From Clostridiales bacterium (GTDB lineage Bacteria; Bacillota; Clostridia; Oscillospirales; Oscillospiraceae), in NCBI GenBank assembly GCA_021201635.1, contig JAJQEM010000035.1, positions 1 through 51,434 of the forward strand: 51,434 bases of DNA. The letters are read 5' to 3'. Made by a program: the position numbers and the translations under genes. Of the stretch, positions 36,672-46,829 are shown in pieces. The notes under the pieces are model-generated. The model was not told the DNA's origin. It saw nothing but the letters and a program-made list of their open reading frames with translations, and searched no databases. How positions within the stretch are numbered: the first letter of the stretch is position 1; the number at the start of each line of letters is the position of its first letter.

Positions 36672-37985
36672 TCAGTCCTCCCAGTCCTCAGTTTTTGGGG
36701 GGAGGGGAGGCCACACATAGTCCCGCACCTGCCCCAACACCCGGGGATTGCACCGGGCGGTGACCTGGATGGTGTCGGCGTACTCCACGCTGTCCACGGC
36801 GGCCTCCCGATAGAGCAGGTCGAGGACGCCCCCTTTATCATAGGGCAGCCGAAGCTCCACCGACCGTATCCCGCTGTCCAGGCGCTTGCCGATGGCGGCG
36901 GTCAGCTCGTCCAGGCCCTCCCCGGTTTTGGCGGAGATGCAGACGATGTTCTCCCCGTGGGGCAGGATCTCCTCCGGGCACAGGTCGCACTTGTTGAACA
37001 CGTCCAGCCGAGGGGTCTGCTCCGCCCCCAGCTCCCGGACGAGGTTTTCCACCACCTCTGCCTGATCCCGCCAGTCCTCTCTGGAGGCGTCGATGACGTG
37101 GAGCAGCAGATCGGCGTAGGTCAGTTCCTCCAGGGTGGCCTGGAACGCCTCTACCAAGGTATGGGGCAGCTTGTGGATAAAGCCCACCGTGTCTGAGAGC
37201 AGCACCGTCAGGGTGTCGGAAATCTCCAGGGTCCGGGTGGTGGTGTCCAGGGTGTCGAACAGCCGATCATTGGCAGGAATGCCTGCGTCGGTCAGGGCAT
37301 TTAACAGAGTGGATTTCCCCGCATTGGTGTAGCCCACAATGGCCACCACCGGCACCTCGTTTTTCTCCCGGCGCTCCCGCTGGACGGCCCGCACCCGGCG
37401 GACCTCCTTTAAGTCCTCCTCCAGCCGGGTGATCTTCCGACGGATATGCCGCCGGTCCGTCTCCAGCTGGGTCTCTCCGGGGCCACGGGTGCCGATGGGG
37501 GATTTGCCGCCGGAGGCGGTCTGCCGCACCAGGTGGCCCCACATACCCGTCAGCCGGGGAAGGATATACTTGTACTGGGCCAGCTCCACCTGGAGACGGC
37601 CCTCCTTCGTTCTGGCCCGTTTGGCAAAGATGTCCAAAATCAGCCCCGCCCGGTCCATGACCTGCACCCCCACCAGCTCGGTGAGCACCCGGACTTGGGT
37701 GGGGGACAGGGCGTTGTCAAAGATGACCAAGTCGGCCTCCAAGGTCTGGACAAGCTCCTTTAGCTCCAGCGCCTTGCCCTCTCCCAGAAAGCTCCCCGGG
37801 TCGGGGGTCTCCCGGTTCTGGAGCATGGTGCCTACGCAGGTGCCCCCTGCCGTCTCCAGCAGGGCCTCCAGCTCCGCCATGCTCTCCTCGGTGACCGTCT
37901 CCCCCACGCTCTGTCGGGTGGCATTCAGGCCCACCAGAATGGCCCGGTTGATCTCGCCCTCTTTGATGCTGTCAAATTCCGTCAT
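36672..37985 (-). CDS. hflX: Ribosome-splitting GTPase HflX
   Basis: RGPGETQLETDRR, GYTNAGKS, DTVGFI, NKCD, ISAK. Confidence 0.95.
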   Translation of the reverse strand: MTEFDSIKEGEINRAILVGLNATRQSVGETVTEESMAELEALLETAGGTCVGTMLQNRETPDPGSFLGEGKALELKELVQTLEADLVIFDNALSPTQVRVLTELVGVQVMDRAGLILDIFAKRARTKEGRLQVELAQYKYILPRLTGMWGHLVRQTASGGKSPIGTRGPGETQLETDRRHIRRKITRLEEDLKEVRRVRAVQRERREKNEVPVVAIVGYTNAGKSTLLNALTDAGIPANDRLFDTLDTTTRTLEISDTLTVLLSDTVGFIHKLPHTLVEAFQATLEELTYADLLLHVIDASREDWRDQAEVVENLVRELGAEQTPRLDVFNKCDLCPEEILPHGENIVCISAKTGEGLDELTAAIGKRLDSGIRSVELRLPYDKGGVLDLLYREAAVDSVEYADTIQVTARCNPRVLGQVRDYVWPPLPPKTEDWED

Positions 37986-38040
37986 GGGTTCCTCCGTGTG
38001 TCGTCTCTCTCAGTCCCATCGCAGCGGACTATTCAGCGCT

Positions 38041-38547
38041 TCACTCCGCTTCGTATGCCTCCACGATCTGGCCGATATAGATGTCGTGAAAATCCCGCTC
38101 CGGGTAGCACCGCTCTACCACCGTCTCATCCAGGATGCAGTCCGGGTCCATCCGCTGGCAGAACTGCTTTTTCACCACCAGTACCAGCTCTGCCTGGGCC
38201 ACATAGGGGACGCCGCTCTTCGTAAAGGCAGGGGTCAGGCCGGTGGCCGCCCACTTGTCCCCGTCCCGTCCGGAGTGGCTGCCGCAGTAGCCCAGAGCCT
38301 TCCGGTAATCCTCCGGCAGGAAGGAGAGGGTGAAATACGCCTCCCGGTCAAGGAACTCGTGGGTGTACCGCTGGGGCCGGATATAGGCGGTGGCCGCCGG
38401 ATTGCCCCACAGCACCCCCAGGCCGCCCCAGCTGGCGGTCATGGTGTTGCAGTTCTCCCGGTCTCCGGCGGTGACCAGCATCCACTGCTTGCCGATGGCC
38501 CGGAATACGTTTTGATTCAACTGTTCTACGTCAATTTTCTGTAACAT
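38041..38547 (-). CDS. Flavin reductase-like protein
   Basis: WMLVTAG, NTMTASWG, IRPQRYT, SGRDGDK, H.IYIG. Confidence 0.85.
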   Translation of the reverse strand: MLQKIDVEQLNQNVFRAIGKQWMLVTAGDRENCNTMTASWGGLGVLWGNPAATAYIRPQRYTHEFLDREAYFTLSFLPEDYRKALGYCGSHSGRDGDKWAATGLTPAFTKSGVPYVAQAELVLVVKKQFCQRMDPDCILDETVVERCYPERDFHDIYIGQIVEAYEAE

Positions 38548-38684
38548 GGCGATGACCTCCTGAAAGATTGGTTTTTACTATTATAGCACAGATGGGGCGG
38601 GATGTAATCGGTGATGAGCAGCATCACTCCCCAAAAAGCCAAACAAAAACCCGCACCGGAATCCGATGCGGGTTATCGTCCAGC

Positions 38685-38885
38685 TTACTTGAGACCGAAC
38701 TTCTTGTTGAAGCGGCTCACGCGACCGCCAGTATCCACCATTTTCTGCTTTCCAGTGAAAAAGGGGTGACACTTGGCGCAAACTTCCACACGGATGTCCT
38801 TCTTGGTGGAGCCGGTAGGATAGACCGCACCACAAGCGCAACGGATGGTGGTCTGCTGATAATCAGGATGGATTCCTGCCTTCAT
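38685..38885 (-). CDS. rpmE: 50S ribosomal protein L31 (zinc-binding type)
   Basis: [29 protein letters not shown]. Confidence 0.95.
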   Translation of the reverse strand: MKAGIHPDYQQTTIRCACGAVYPTGSTKKDIRVEVCAKCHPFFTGKQKMVDTGGRVSRFNKKFGLK

Positions 38886-39022
38886 GATGTTCACCTCTTT
38901 CGATGTTTGACGTTATACATATATGAGAATCGTGTTTTTCTCACAGAGCAGGAATTATGATACCATACTCCTCTGGAAATTGCAACTCTTTTTCCCGCAT
39001 TTTTCAAAAATTTATGTCCGGA

Positions 39023-42000
39023 TCACAGCTCCCAGCCCCGGCCCAGGCGGAAGTACCACAGCACCTTCCGCACCACCGGGCGGCCTAAAATCTGCTCCAG
39101 GGCCCAGGCGTAGCCCTCCAGCTGTCCCCGATAGCCCTCGCTGTGGGCTTGCAGCTCAGACGGGCGCACATGGTCGGTCTTGAAGTCCACCACCGTCAGC
39201 CCCTCCGGCCCGGTGAAGCAGCAGTCCACCACGCCCTGGAGCATCACCTGCTCTCCTGCCGGGGCCTGGGGGAAGAACCGCTCCGCCGGAGCAAAGAGAG
39301 AAAATTTGAACTCCCGCCGGAGGTCGGGGGCCGCTGCCGCCGCCCGGCCCAGATCGGAGGCGTAGAAGCCCGCCAGCATGGACGGCTCCACGCTGTCCGC
39401 CTCCGCCCGGGTCAGCCATTTTCCGGCCACCAGCCGTTCCAGCTCCTCCCGGACACCCGGAACGCTGTCCGCCCGGTCCAGGTGCACCAGCTCCATGACG
39501 GTATGCAGCACCGTTCCCCGCTGGGTCGGGGTGAGCCCTGCCGTCTCCTGCCGGAACCGGGGCCGGGGGAAGTCGGGGAGGGCCGGGGGCTGCCAGGTCT
39601 CCTGGGCCACCTCCTCGTCCAGAGGGCGGCCCTTGAGCTGGGTGGCCGTCACCTTGCTGGGCAGATCGGAGAGTGCCGCCCAGGGATACCGCCAGTCCAG
39701 CAGGGAGAGGTCCAGCTTCTCTGTCGCCGCCTCCGATGGGGGAGCGGCAGTCTGCCGTCCGTTCCGGGTCAGGGGCGGCTCCGCCGGGACCAGGCGGATG
39801 TCCCAGTCGGAGGCGGAGATGGGGTTCGACACGCTGGCCCCCAGTCGGAGGGCCTGGGCATCCGTCCGGGCCAGCACCGGCAGCAGCAGCCACTTGGCCA
39901 CGCTGTCCTTCTCCTGCAGTGCCTGGGGGTCGGGGTGCGGCCCCGCCTCCGGGAGCAGGTTGCCCAGCTCCTTCCAGGCGTTGGTCATGGAGCAGGTCAT
40001 GATGAGCTTCTCTCTGGCCCGGGTCATGGCCACGTAGAGCAGCCGCAGCTCCTCCGCCTTGGTCTCCTCCTCCAGCTTGAGCTGTACCGCCTTTCGAGCC
40101 AGAGTGGGGTACTCGATCCGGAGCTCCGGGTCTACCCCCTTCGGCCCCACTCCCAGCTTGGGGTGGAACAGAACCGGGGCCCGCTCGTCCGTCCGGTTGA
40201 TCGTCCGGTTCAGCCCGGCCAGAATGACCACCGGGAACTCCAGCCCCTTGGAGCGGTGGATGGACATGATACGTACCCCGTTCCCGGCAGCCTTGCCCAG
40301 GGCAGGGAGCCGTCCCCCCTGCTCTTCCAGCCGCCGGAGCCAATTGACAAAGTCGAACAGCCCCTGCCGTCCCGGCTGGCCGAAGGTGCGTGCGCAGTCG
40401 TACAGGGCCAAAAGATGCTCCCGCCGCCGGGGGCCGCCGTCCATCCCCTCAAACAGGGCCAGCATCCCCGTCTGGTCATAAAGCTGCCACAGCAGCTGGG
40501 CACAGGTCGCGTCTCCCGCCCGGAGGCGCAGGGCATCCAGCTCCTCCAGAAAGGCTCTGGACGGCTCATCTCCATGCTCTGCCCCCTGCTGGAGGCAGGC
40601 GTGCAGATCTCCGTCGGGGCAGCCGTGGCGGAGAGCCGCCAGCTGATCCGGGGAAAAGGCGTACATAGGGGACCGGAGCACCGACAGCAGCGGCACGTCC
40701 TGCCGGGGGTTGTCGATGATCTCCAGGAAGGAGACCGCACAGCTCACCTCGGTGGTGTGGAAGAAATCCTCCGCCCCCTCCGTCTGCCAGGGGATATTCC
40801 GAATATCCATGGCCTGGGTCAGATAGCCCATCACCGCCCCGGGGGAACGATAGAGCACCGCAATGTCCCCCGGCTGGACGGGACGCAGCACCCCATCCTC
40901 TCCCGTCACCGGGAAATGGGAGGTGAGCAGCTCCTCCACCCGCCGGGCCACGAAGTCCACCTCTACCTGATCCCTGGGGATGGCTGCGCTGTCCTCCTCC
41001 CGCTCCAGGGCGGCGAGGTCTATGCAGTCCAGCTCCACCCGGTCGTCCGGGTGCTCGGGATAGGCAAAGCCGGGGTTGAGCCGCTGATCCTGTGTGTAGT
41101 CCATCTCCCCGAACTGAGTTGACATAATATTTTCAAAGATGAAGTTCACCCCCGCCAGCACACTGGCCCGGGAGCGGAAGTTCTGGCTGAGCACCACCGT
41201 CCGGGGCTGCCCCTCCACCGGACAGTCGGTCTGGGGGAAGGTGTGGTACTTGTGCAGGAAGATGGTGGGGTCCGCCAGCCGGAAGCGGTAGATGGACTGC
41301 TTCACGTCCCCCACCTGGAACAGGTTGCTCCCGTCCCGGGTGATGGCATCAAAGATGGCGTTCTGGACGGCGTTGGTGTCCTGATACTCGTCCACCATCA
41401 CCTCGGCGTACCGTTCCCGGAGCTGATTGGCCAGGGCGGTGGGCTGTCCCTCTCCGTCCAGCAGCAGCTTTAGGGTCAGATGCTCCAGGTCGTTGAAGTC
41501 CACCGTCCGGCGGCTCCGTTTCGACCTGGTATACACCTCGTCCAGCTCCAGCACCAGGTCGAACAGGGCCTCCACCGCCGGGTGGACGGACGACATATCC
41601 TCCAGCAGCGTATCGTTAGAGGCAAAGAACAGATCCTTCAGCCCCTTCATCCGACGCTTGCAGGTCTCCCGGACCGCCTTGACCTCCTCCTGGAGCCGCT
41701 TGTCCTGAATTTTCCTACTTCTCCCCAGGGTGGGGAACTTGATCTCGCACAGGGCGCAGGCGCTGTCCCAGCCCCGGTCCAAACCGTTTAAAAAGTCCTC
41801 GATGCTGTCCATGGTGTCGCAGAAGCTGGGAGCGTAGGCGGCCTCCAGGGCCGGGTCGGCCATCATGGAATTGAGAGCCTGGAGCATCCGCCCGTCCCAG
41901 TACCGGGCCACGGAAGCGGCCCGCTCCATGATCTGTTTTCCCCACACCGTCTGCCCCACGTCCCGGACGCCGGAGAGGTCAAAGGCGGCGCTCTGCTCCC

Positions 42001-42577
42001 GCAGCCACTGCTCCGGGTGGGGGTGGGCCTGGACTCTGGCGTGGATGTCCAGGACAATCTCCTTTAACTTCCGGTCATCCCGGCCTGCGGACATGGTGTC
42101 CACCAGATGAGAAAAGGCGTCTCCCTCCTGTATCGTCTCATACCGGGCCTCCATGACCCGGTCCAGCGTCTCCCTGCGGAGGATCTCCGCCTCTCCCTCC
42201 TCGGACACCCGGAAGTCCGGGTCTAAGTCCAGCAGGTAGCCGAACTCCCGGAGGAGGGCGGTGCAATAGGCGTGGATGGTGGAGATCTGGGCCTGATAGA
42301 CCAGGGTGAGCTGCCGCCGGAGGTGCCGGTCTTCCGGATGCTCCGCCAGGCGCTGATTCAGCCCTTGTAAAATTTTGCCCCGCAGCTCAGAGGCTGCCGC
42401 CTTGGTGAAGGTGATGATGAGGAACCGGTCCACATCCAGCCCCTCCAGCTCCACCCGGTCCAGCAGCCGCTCCACCAGCACCCGTGTCTTGCCGGAGCCG
42501 GCGGCGGCGGAGACCAGCAGCTCGCCGCCCCGGTGGTCTACCGCAGCCTGCTGCTGGGGCGTCAGCTGAATACTCAC
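39023..42577 (-). CDS. addA: Helicase-nuclease AddA
   Basis: AAAGSGKT, VDEYQD, VGDVKQSIYRFR, SIHRSKGLEF, YVAMTRA, C-terminal VDFKTD nuclease; GTG start overlaps the addB stop. Confidence 0.95.
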   Translation of the reverse strand: MSIQLTPQQQAAVDHRGGELLVSAAAGSGKTRVLVERLLDRVELEGLDVDRFLIITFTKAAASELRGKILQGLNQRLAEHPEDRHLRRQLTLVYQAQISTIHAYCTALLREFGYLLDLDPDFRVSEEGEAEILRRETLDRVMEARYETIQEGDAFSHLVDTMSAGRDDRKLKEIVLDIHARVQAHPHPEQWLREQSAAFDLSGVRDVGQTVWGKQIMERAASVARYWDGRMLQALNSMMADPALEAAYAPSFCDTMDSIEDFLNGLDRGWDSACALCEIKFPTLGRSRKIQDKRLQEEVKAVRETCKRRMKGLKDLFFASNDTLLEDMSSVHPAVEALFDLVLELDEVYTRSKRSRRTVDFNDLEHLTLKLLLDGEGQPTALANQLRERYAEVMVDEYQDTNAVQNAIFDAITRDGSNLFQVGDVKQSIYRFRLADPTIFLHKYHTFPQTDCPVEGQPRTVVLSQNFRSRASVLAGVNFIFENIMSTQFGEMDYTQDQRLNPGFAYPEHPDDRVELDCIDLAALEREEDSAAIPRDQVEVDFVARRVEELLTSHFPVTGEDGVLRPVQPGDIAVLYRSPGAVMGYLTQAMDIRNIPWQTEGAEDFFHTTEVSCAVSFLEIIDNPRQDVPLLSVLRSPMYAFSPDQLAALRHGCPDGDLHACLQQGAEHGDEPSRAFLEELDALRLRAGDATCAQLLWQLYDQTGMLALFEGMDGGPRRREHLLALYDCARTFGQPGRQGLFDFVNWLRRLEEQGGRLPALGKAAGNGVRIMSIHRSKGLEFPVVILAGLNRTINRTDERAPVLFHPKLGVGPKGVDPELRIEYPTLARKAVQLKLEEETKAEELRLLYVAMTRAREKLIMTCSMTNAWKELGNLLPEAGPHPDPQALQEKDSVAKWLLLPVLARTDAQALRLGASVSNPISASDWDIRLVPAEPPLTRNGRQTAAPPSEAATEKLDLSLLDWRYPWAALSDLPSKVTATQLKGRPLDEEVAQETWQPPALPDFPRPRFRQETAGLTPTQRGTVLHTVMELVHLDRADSVPGVREELERLVAGKWLTRAEADSVEPSMLAGFYASDLGRAAAAAPDLRREFKFSLFAPAERFFPQAPAGEQVMLQGVVDCCFTGPEGLTVVDFKTDHVRPSELQAHSEGYRGQLEGYAWALEQILGRPVVRKVLWYFRLGRGWEL

Positions 42578-45500
42578 TGGTCTTCCCCTCCTGTCCGTTC
42601 CCAAAAGTCCTTGCCCCGCACGGAATAGAGCCAGCGGCGGCGGTCCGTCCCCCGGCCCTCCTCAAAGTGGCAGGCCTGGGCGTAGTCGCAGAACTGGCAG
42701 GCGGTGTCCCCGCCCCCCTTGAGGTAGGGGTCCGCATCGATGTTTCCGTGGGCGATCTCCCGGCCCATCTCCTGAAGCAGATGGCCCAGCCGCCGCTCCA
42801 GGCGGCCCCACTGTTCGGCGGTGGCCAGGCTGTCCCCGGAAATGGCCCCGTTCCGGCTGACTCGGAGGGGGAGGAACCGGGGGCCGTCCGCCCCCCACTG
42901 CTCCATGGCCCAGAGCACCTCCTCATCCCGGAGGAGCAGCCCGGACCGGCGCAGGGCCTTGTCCGTCTCCCGCTTTCTCGTGTCTCCGTCCATCTCCCGG
43001 CTGCCGGAGAGGAGCAGATCCCGGGCGGGGAGGTACAGCACCCCCGCAGGCTCCACCGGGCGCTGGAAGTAATCCTGCCCCTGCTCCCGGAGGGTGAACA
43101 GGTAGAGCAGCATTTGCAGAGACAGGCCGTGCCACACGTCGGTAAGACTGAAGGATTTGCGCCCCGTCTTGTAATCCACCACCCGGAGGTAGAGCCGCCC
43201 GTCCTTTTCCCAGCCGTCCACCCGGTCCACAAAGCCGGAGATGGACAGGGTGATGCCCTCCACCTCCACCTGCACCGGGGGCAGCTCCTTGCCCCGGCCA
43301 AAGCCCAGCTCGAAGGCGATGGGCCGGAACTGACTGCCCTGGAGCTCCTCCACCACGTTCTGAACGATCAGCTCCACCGAGGCGAGCATCCGGCGGAAGA
43401 GATATTGGAGCCGGGGGCTCTGGTCGGACAGGCCCCCCAGCTGATTGTTTACATAATCCTGTATCGCCTGGGCGGTCAGCTCCCGCCGCCGCTCCTGGGT
43501 GAGCCGGGCCACCCCGCCCTCGGTCTGGGCCGATTGCAGCACCTCCTCCAGGACGGCGTGGACAAAGGTGCCGGTGGCCGGTGGGTCAAAGCCCGCCCGT
43601 CGCCGGGCCTGGGCCTTCAACCCGTACTGACAGAAATAGGAGAAGTGGCAGGAGCTCAGCTTGTCCATCCGGGAGGCGGAGAGGGCCGCCCGGTCGCCGT
43701 ACAGGTCGTGTACCCCCTGGGGGCTGAGACGGCCCCGGTCGGCGCTGGCCGCCTGCTCCAGCCGCTGGTGGACATTCTCCCACCCCGGCTGTTGGGCCAG
43801 ATGGTCAATGACTGCCCCGTCCCGGCGCTCTGCCCCCAGCTCCAGAGCAGGGAGGGGGGCCAGCAGGCGAAGGTTCGGGTCGTGATGTCCCCGCTCCGCC
43901 TCGGGGAACAGGGCCTCTGCCCGCCGCCACAGGATGGCGGGGCGCTTCTCTGCGCCTCCCGCCTGCCGGGGACAGGTCAGCACCAGCAGCTCTGAGGGCC
44001 GGGTCATGATCTCGTAGGCCATGGTCTGCTCCCGGTCCAGACGGTGCTCGGCGGTGGGGGCCAGCTCCAGCCCCCGGACGGTGAGCAGCGTCCGATCCTC
44101 GTCGGTGAGCAGGCCGGGAGACTGGGAGATCAGGGGGAACAGCTCGTCGTCTACCCCCAGCAAAAACAGAGCCTTGCACTGGCAGTGGGCCAGCCGGGCC
44201 ATCTCTCCCCCGTTTACCCGGTCCAGGGAGACGGGGATTGCGCTCACCGACGACTGGCTGAGCACCAGCCGGAACAGGTCGGAGAAATAGTCCAGCTCCA
44301 TCACCTGCTCATTTAACAGGTCGTGGCACTGCTCCAGGGCCTGGAGCAGGATGCTCCACAGCTGGCGGTATTCCTCTGCCTGCTGGAGCTCTCCCTCCTC
44401 CCGGAGGGCGTTGGCCCGTTCGGTCAGCCGCTGGGGCAGGTCGATCTCCTCCAAAAACTGATAGAGGGCGTCCGCCAGCTCTGCCCCGGTGCCCTGGCGG
44501 TGCTGTGCCAGGGATTCCAGCGGGGCGACCACCCGCCGCCGTAGGCCGTTGAGCCGCTCCAACAGCGCCCGGTCATCCTCCTCCCAGTCCAGGCCAAAGC
44601 CTCTGGGGTGCCAGCTCCAGTCTGCCGCCCGGCTCCAGCGGCTGCCCCGGATGTCCCACTGGAGGACATAGTTCTCCAGCAGGTCGGTCTCCTCCCAGTT
44701 CAGCCCGGTGAGGCCTGTCTTGAGGTAGCGGAATACGTCCTCATATTCGTAATGGCTGCGAATGGTGTCCAGTGCGGCGGTGAGCAGGGTCAGCACCGGC
44801 TTTTCCAGCACCGGCTCCACCCGACCCAGAAACAGGGGGATCTGATACCGGCGGAACACCGTCTCCAGCGGCCCCTCATACCGGTCCAGGGTGCGGGCGG
44901 CCACGGCGATGTCCCGGAAGTGCCAGCCCCGCTCCTTCACCAGACGCAAAATCTCCCCGGCGGTCCACTCCACCTCGTCATAGGGACTCTCCCCGGTGAA
45001 CAGACAGACGCCCTCTCCCTCGGAGGGCAGCATCGGCCCGTCGGAGAACAGCTGCTCCTCCAGCTCGGAGAGGCCATCCACCGCCCCGTCCTGCCGTTTG
45101 GTCAGCGTCTCATACTCCATGGAGACGTGGAGCTCCCGGCACAGGTTCACCAGCTCCAGAGCCGTCCGCCGCTGGGGGGCAAAGACGGACTCGCCCCCCT
45201 CCAGCCGGTCACAGGTCAGGGTGGCGGTGACGCTGCTCGCCTGTCCCAATATCTGCCGGAGTACCAGCCGCTGCTGGGGGGTGAAGTCGGTGAAGCCGTC
45301 CAGATACACGTCCTTCCCCCGGAACCAGGGGCAGTCCTCCAGGGTCTCCGCCAGCCGGGTCAGCCGGTCCCTGGGGTCCGCCGCCCGCTGGGCGGTCAGG
45401 GCGTCATAGGTCTCCAAAATCAGGCCCAGGTCACGGAGACGGTCGCCTGTCCCCCCCTCCTGCTCCTCGCCCGCCCGGATCAGCTCCTGAGGCCGGACGC

Positions 45501-45885
45501 AGTAGCTTTTCAGCTCGTCCGCTGTGGCCAGCAGCTGCTCCAGAAAGGCGGCCTTCCGGGAGGGACGGGCATAGACCCGGAGGCTCCCGCCGACCGCCGC
45601 CACCGCCTGGCTCATGAGCAGAAGCCGCCCGCCCCCGTCCAGCAGGGGAGAGGCCAGTCCGCCTCCCTGGGTGAACACCCGGTGGGCCAGACGGGTGAAG
45701 GACAGCACCTCGGCGTACCGGGACGCCTCCGCCCCGCAACGGGCGCAGAGCAGCCGCTCCATATCGTGAGAGAGCTGCTCCGGGGTCAGCAGCACCTGGG
45801 GACGGTACTGTCCCTGGCGGCGGATGGTGCGCAAGATCTGTTCGGTTTTGCCGGTCTTTGCCCGGCCAAGGATAAGGTGGAGCAT
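42574..45885 (-). CDS. addB: Helicase-nuclease AddB
   Basis: GRAKTGKT, PEQ, DGFTDFT, SASRMD..C.F, DRVD, VDYKTG, C-terminal CxxC Fe-S ligands. Confidence 0.92.
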   Translation of the reverse strand: MLHLILGRAKTGKTEQILRTIRRQGQYRPQVLLTPEQLSHDMERLLCARCGAEASRYAEVLSFTRLAHRVFTQGGGLASPLLDGGGRLLLMSQAVAAVGGSLRVYARPSRKAAFLEQLLATADELKSYCVRPQELIRAGEEQEGGTGDRLRDLGLILETYDALTAQRAADPRDRLTRLAETLEDCPWFRGKDVYLDGFTDFTPQQRLVLRQILGQASSVTATLTCDRLEGGESVFAPQRRTALELVNLCRELHVSMEYETLTKRQDGAVDGLSELEEQLFSDGPMLPSEGEGVCLFTGESPYDEVEWTAGEILRLVKERGWHFRDIAVAARTLDRYEGPLETVFRRYQIPLFLGRVEPVLEKPVLTLLTAALDTIRSHYEYEDVFRYLKTGLTGLNWEETDLLENYVLQWDIRGSRWSRAADWSWHPRGFGLDWEEDDRALLERLNGLRRRVVAPLESLAQHRQGTGAELADALYQFLEEIDLPQRLTERANALREEGELQQAEEYRQLWSILLQALEQCHDLLNEQVMELDYFSDLFRLVLSQSSVSAIPVSLDRVNGGEMARLAHCQCKALFLLGVDDELFPLISQSPGLLTDEDRTLLTVRGLELAPTAEHRLDREQTMAYEIMTRPSELLVLTCPRQAGGAEKRPAILWRRAEALFPEAERGHHDPNLRLLAPLPALELGAERRDGAVIDHLAQQPGWENVHQRLEQAASADRGRLSPQGVHDLYGDRAALSASRMDKLSSCHFSYFCQYGLKAQARRRAGFDPPATGTFVHAVLEEVLQSAQTEGGVARLTQERRRELTAQAIQDYVNNQLGGLSDQSPRLQYLFRRMLASVELIVQNVVEELQGSQFRPIAFELGFGRGKELPPVQVEVEGITLSISGFVDRVDGWEKDGRLYLRVVDYKTGRKSFSLTDVWHGLSLQMLLYLFTLREQGQDYFQRPVEPAGVLYLPARDLLLSGSREMDGDTRKRETDKALRRSGLLLRDEEVLWAMEQWGADGPRFLPLRVSRNGAISGDSLATAEQWGRLERRLGHLLQEMGREIAHGNIDADPYLKGGGDTACQFCDYAQACHFEEGRGTDRRRWLYSVRGKDFWERTGGEDQ

Positions 45886-46190
45886 GGGAGCCTCCTGACG
45901 CAGTGGATGCACGGTTTGTTTGTTACATTATAATGCGTCAGCGAAAAAGCCGCAAGCCCGGGAATGGGGGGCTGCAGCAGTCCCCTTCCGTCTTTCCGGT
46001 CTTTCCGGATCAATTCAGTTGTGGCAAAAGAACGGTTGAGGAAACGGAACCGCAGATACTTAAAATATTTGGAGCTCACGATTCCGGAAGGGAAATCAAT
46101 CGAAGATTTTATAGCCCAGGATCTTCAAAACAGCAGTCTGTTTTCCAAATAAGCACGGAAAGAGGACACCCAGGCTGTCGTTTGAGACGC

Positions 46191-46222
46191 AAAAAATCCC
46201 CGCCACAGTGGCGGGGATTTTT
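46191..46222. terminator. Bidirectional terminator downstream of secG
   Basis: AAAAAATCCCCGCCAC / GTGGCGGGGATTTTT. Confidence 0.8.
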
Positions 46223-46245
46223 CCAGGCGATTTGGTTCTCTGCTC

Positions 46246-46482
46246 TCACACCAGGTTCAGCACCAGAACGGCCAGCATGAAGACAAGGGCGACCCACTTG
46301 GTCAGCCGGGCCAGACGGGCGTCGGCAGTGCTGGCCTTGTTCTTGCCCATGTAGGTGTCAAAGCTGCCACCCAGGGAGCTGGCCAGGCCGGAGTTCTTGC
46401 CGGACTGGAGCAGCACAACGGCGATGATGATAACGGCTGCGATCACCACAATGATAGAGAGAACGAGCTGAGCGGTTTCCAT
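46246..46482 (-). CDS. secG: Preprotein translocase subunit SecG
   Basis: Two TM segments, VLLQSGK.SGL, L.RLTKW. Confidence 0.92.
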   Translation of the reverse strand: METAQLVLSIIVVIAAVIIIAVVLLQSGKNSGLASSLGGSFDTYMGKNKASTADARLARLTKWVALVFMLAVLVLNLV

Positions 46483-46709
46483 TTTCTTTTCATCCTTTCG
46501 TCAAACGTCCTCACATCGTGTGGAGACGGCATATTCTGCGATGCTATTGATTCTAACACAGGCGAATGGGAAATGCAAGCACTTTTCCTGCGCAGAAGCC
46601 AGTTTTTGTTTGAATTTTATCTGTCTCTCTGAGGCGTCCGTACCGTAAAGAGGCAGAGACGGCGGAAGGAGAGCGGCACATATGAACGGCTTCCTGAAAA
46701 TGCTCCATC

Positions 46710-46818
46710 GCATTCGCCGATAGCTTTCAGGGCATCGGCAGTGCCTGCCGCTCTCCCTCAGTCGCCTTACGGCGACAGCTCTACCGCTTTGCGGCACTTC
46801 GCCTCAGAGAGGGAGCCA
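46710..46818. repeat. REP-like modular palindromic repeat, copy E
   Basis: ATTCGCCG..GGCAGTGCCTGCCGCTCTCCCTCAGTCGCCTTACGGCGACAGCTC..GCCTCAGAGAGGGAGCC. Confidence 0.8.
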
Positions 46819-46829
46819 GGGAAACACTC

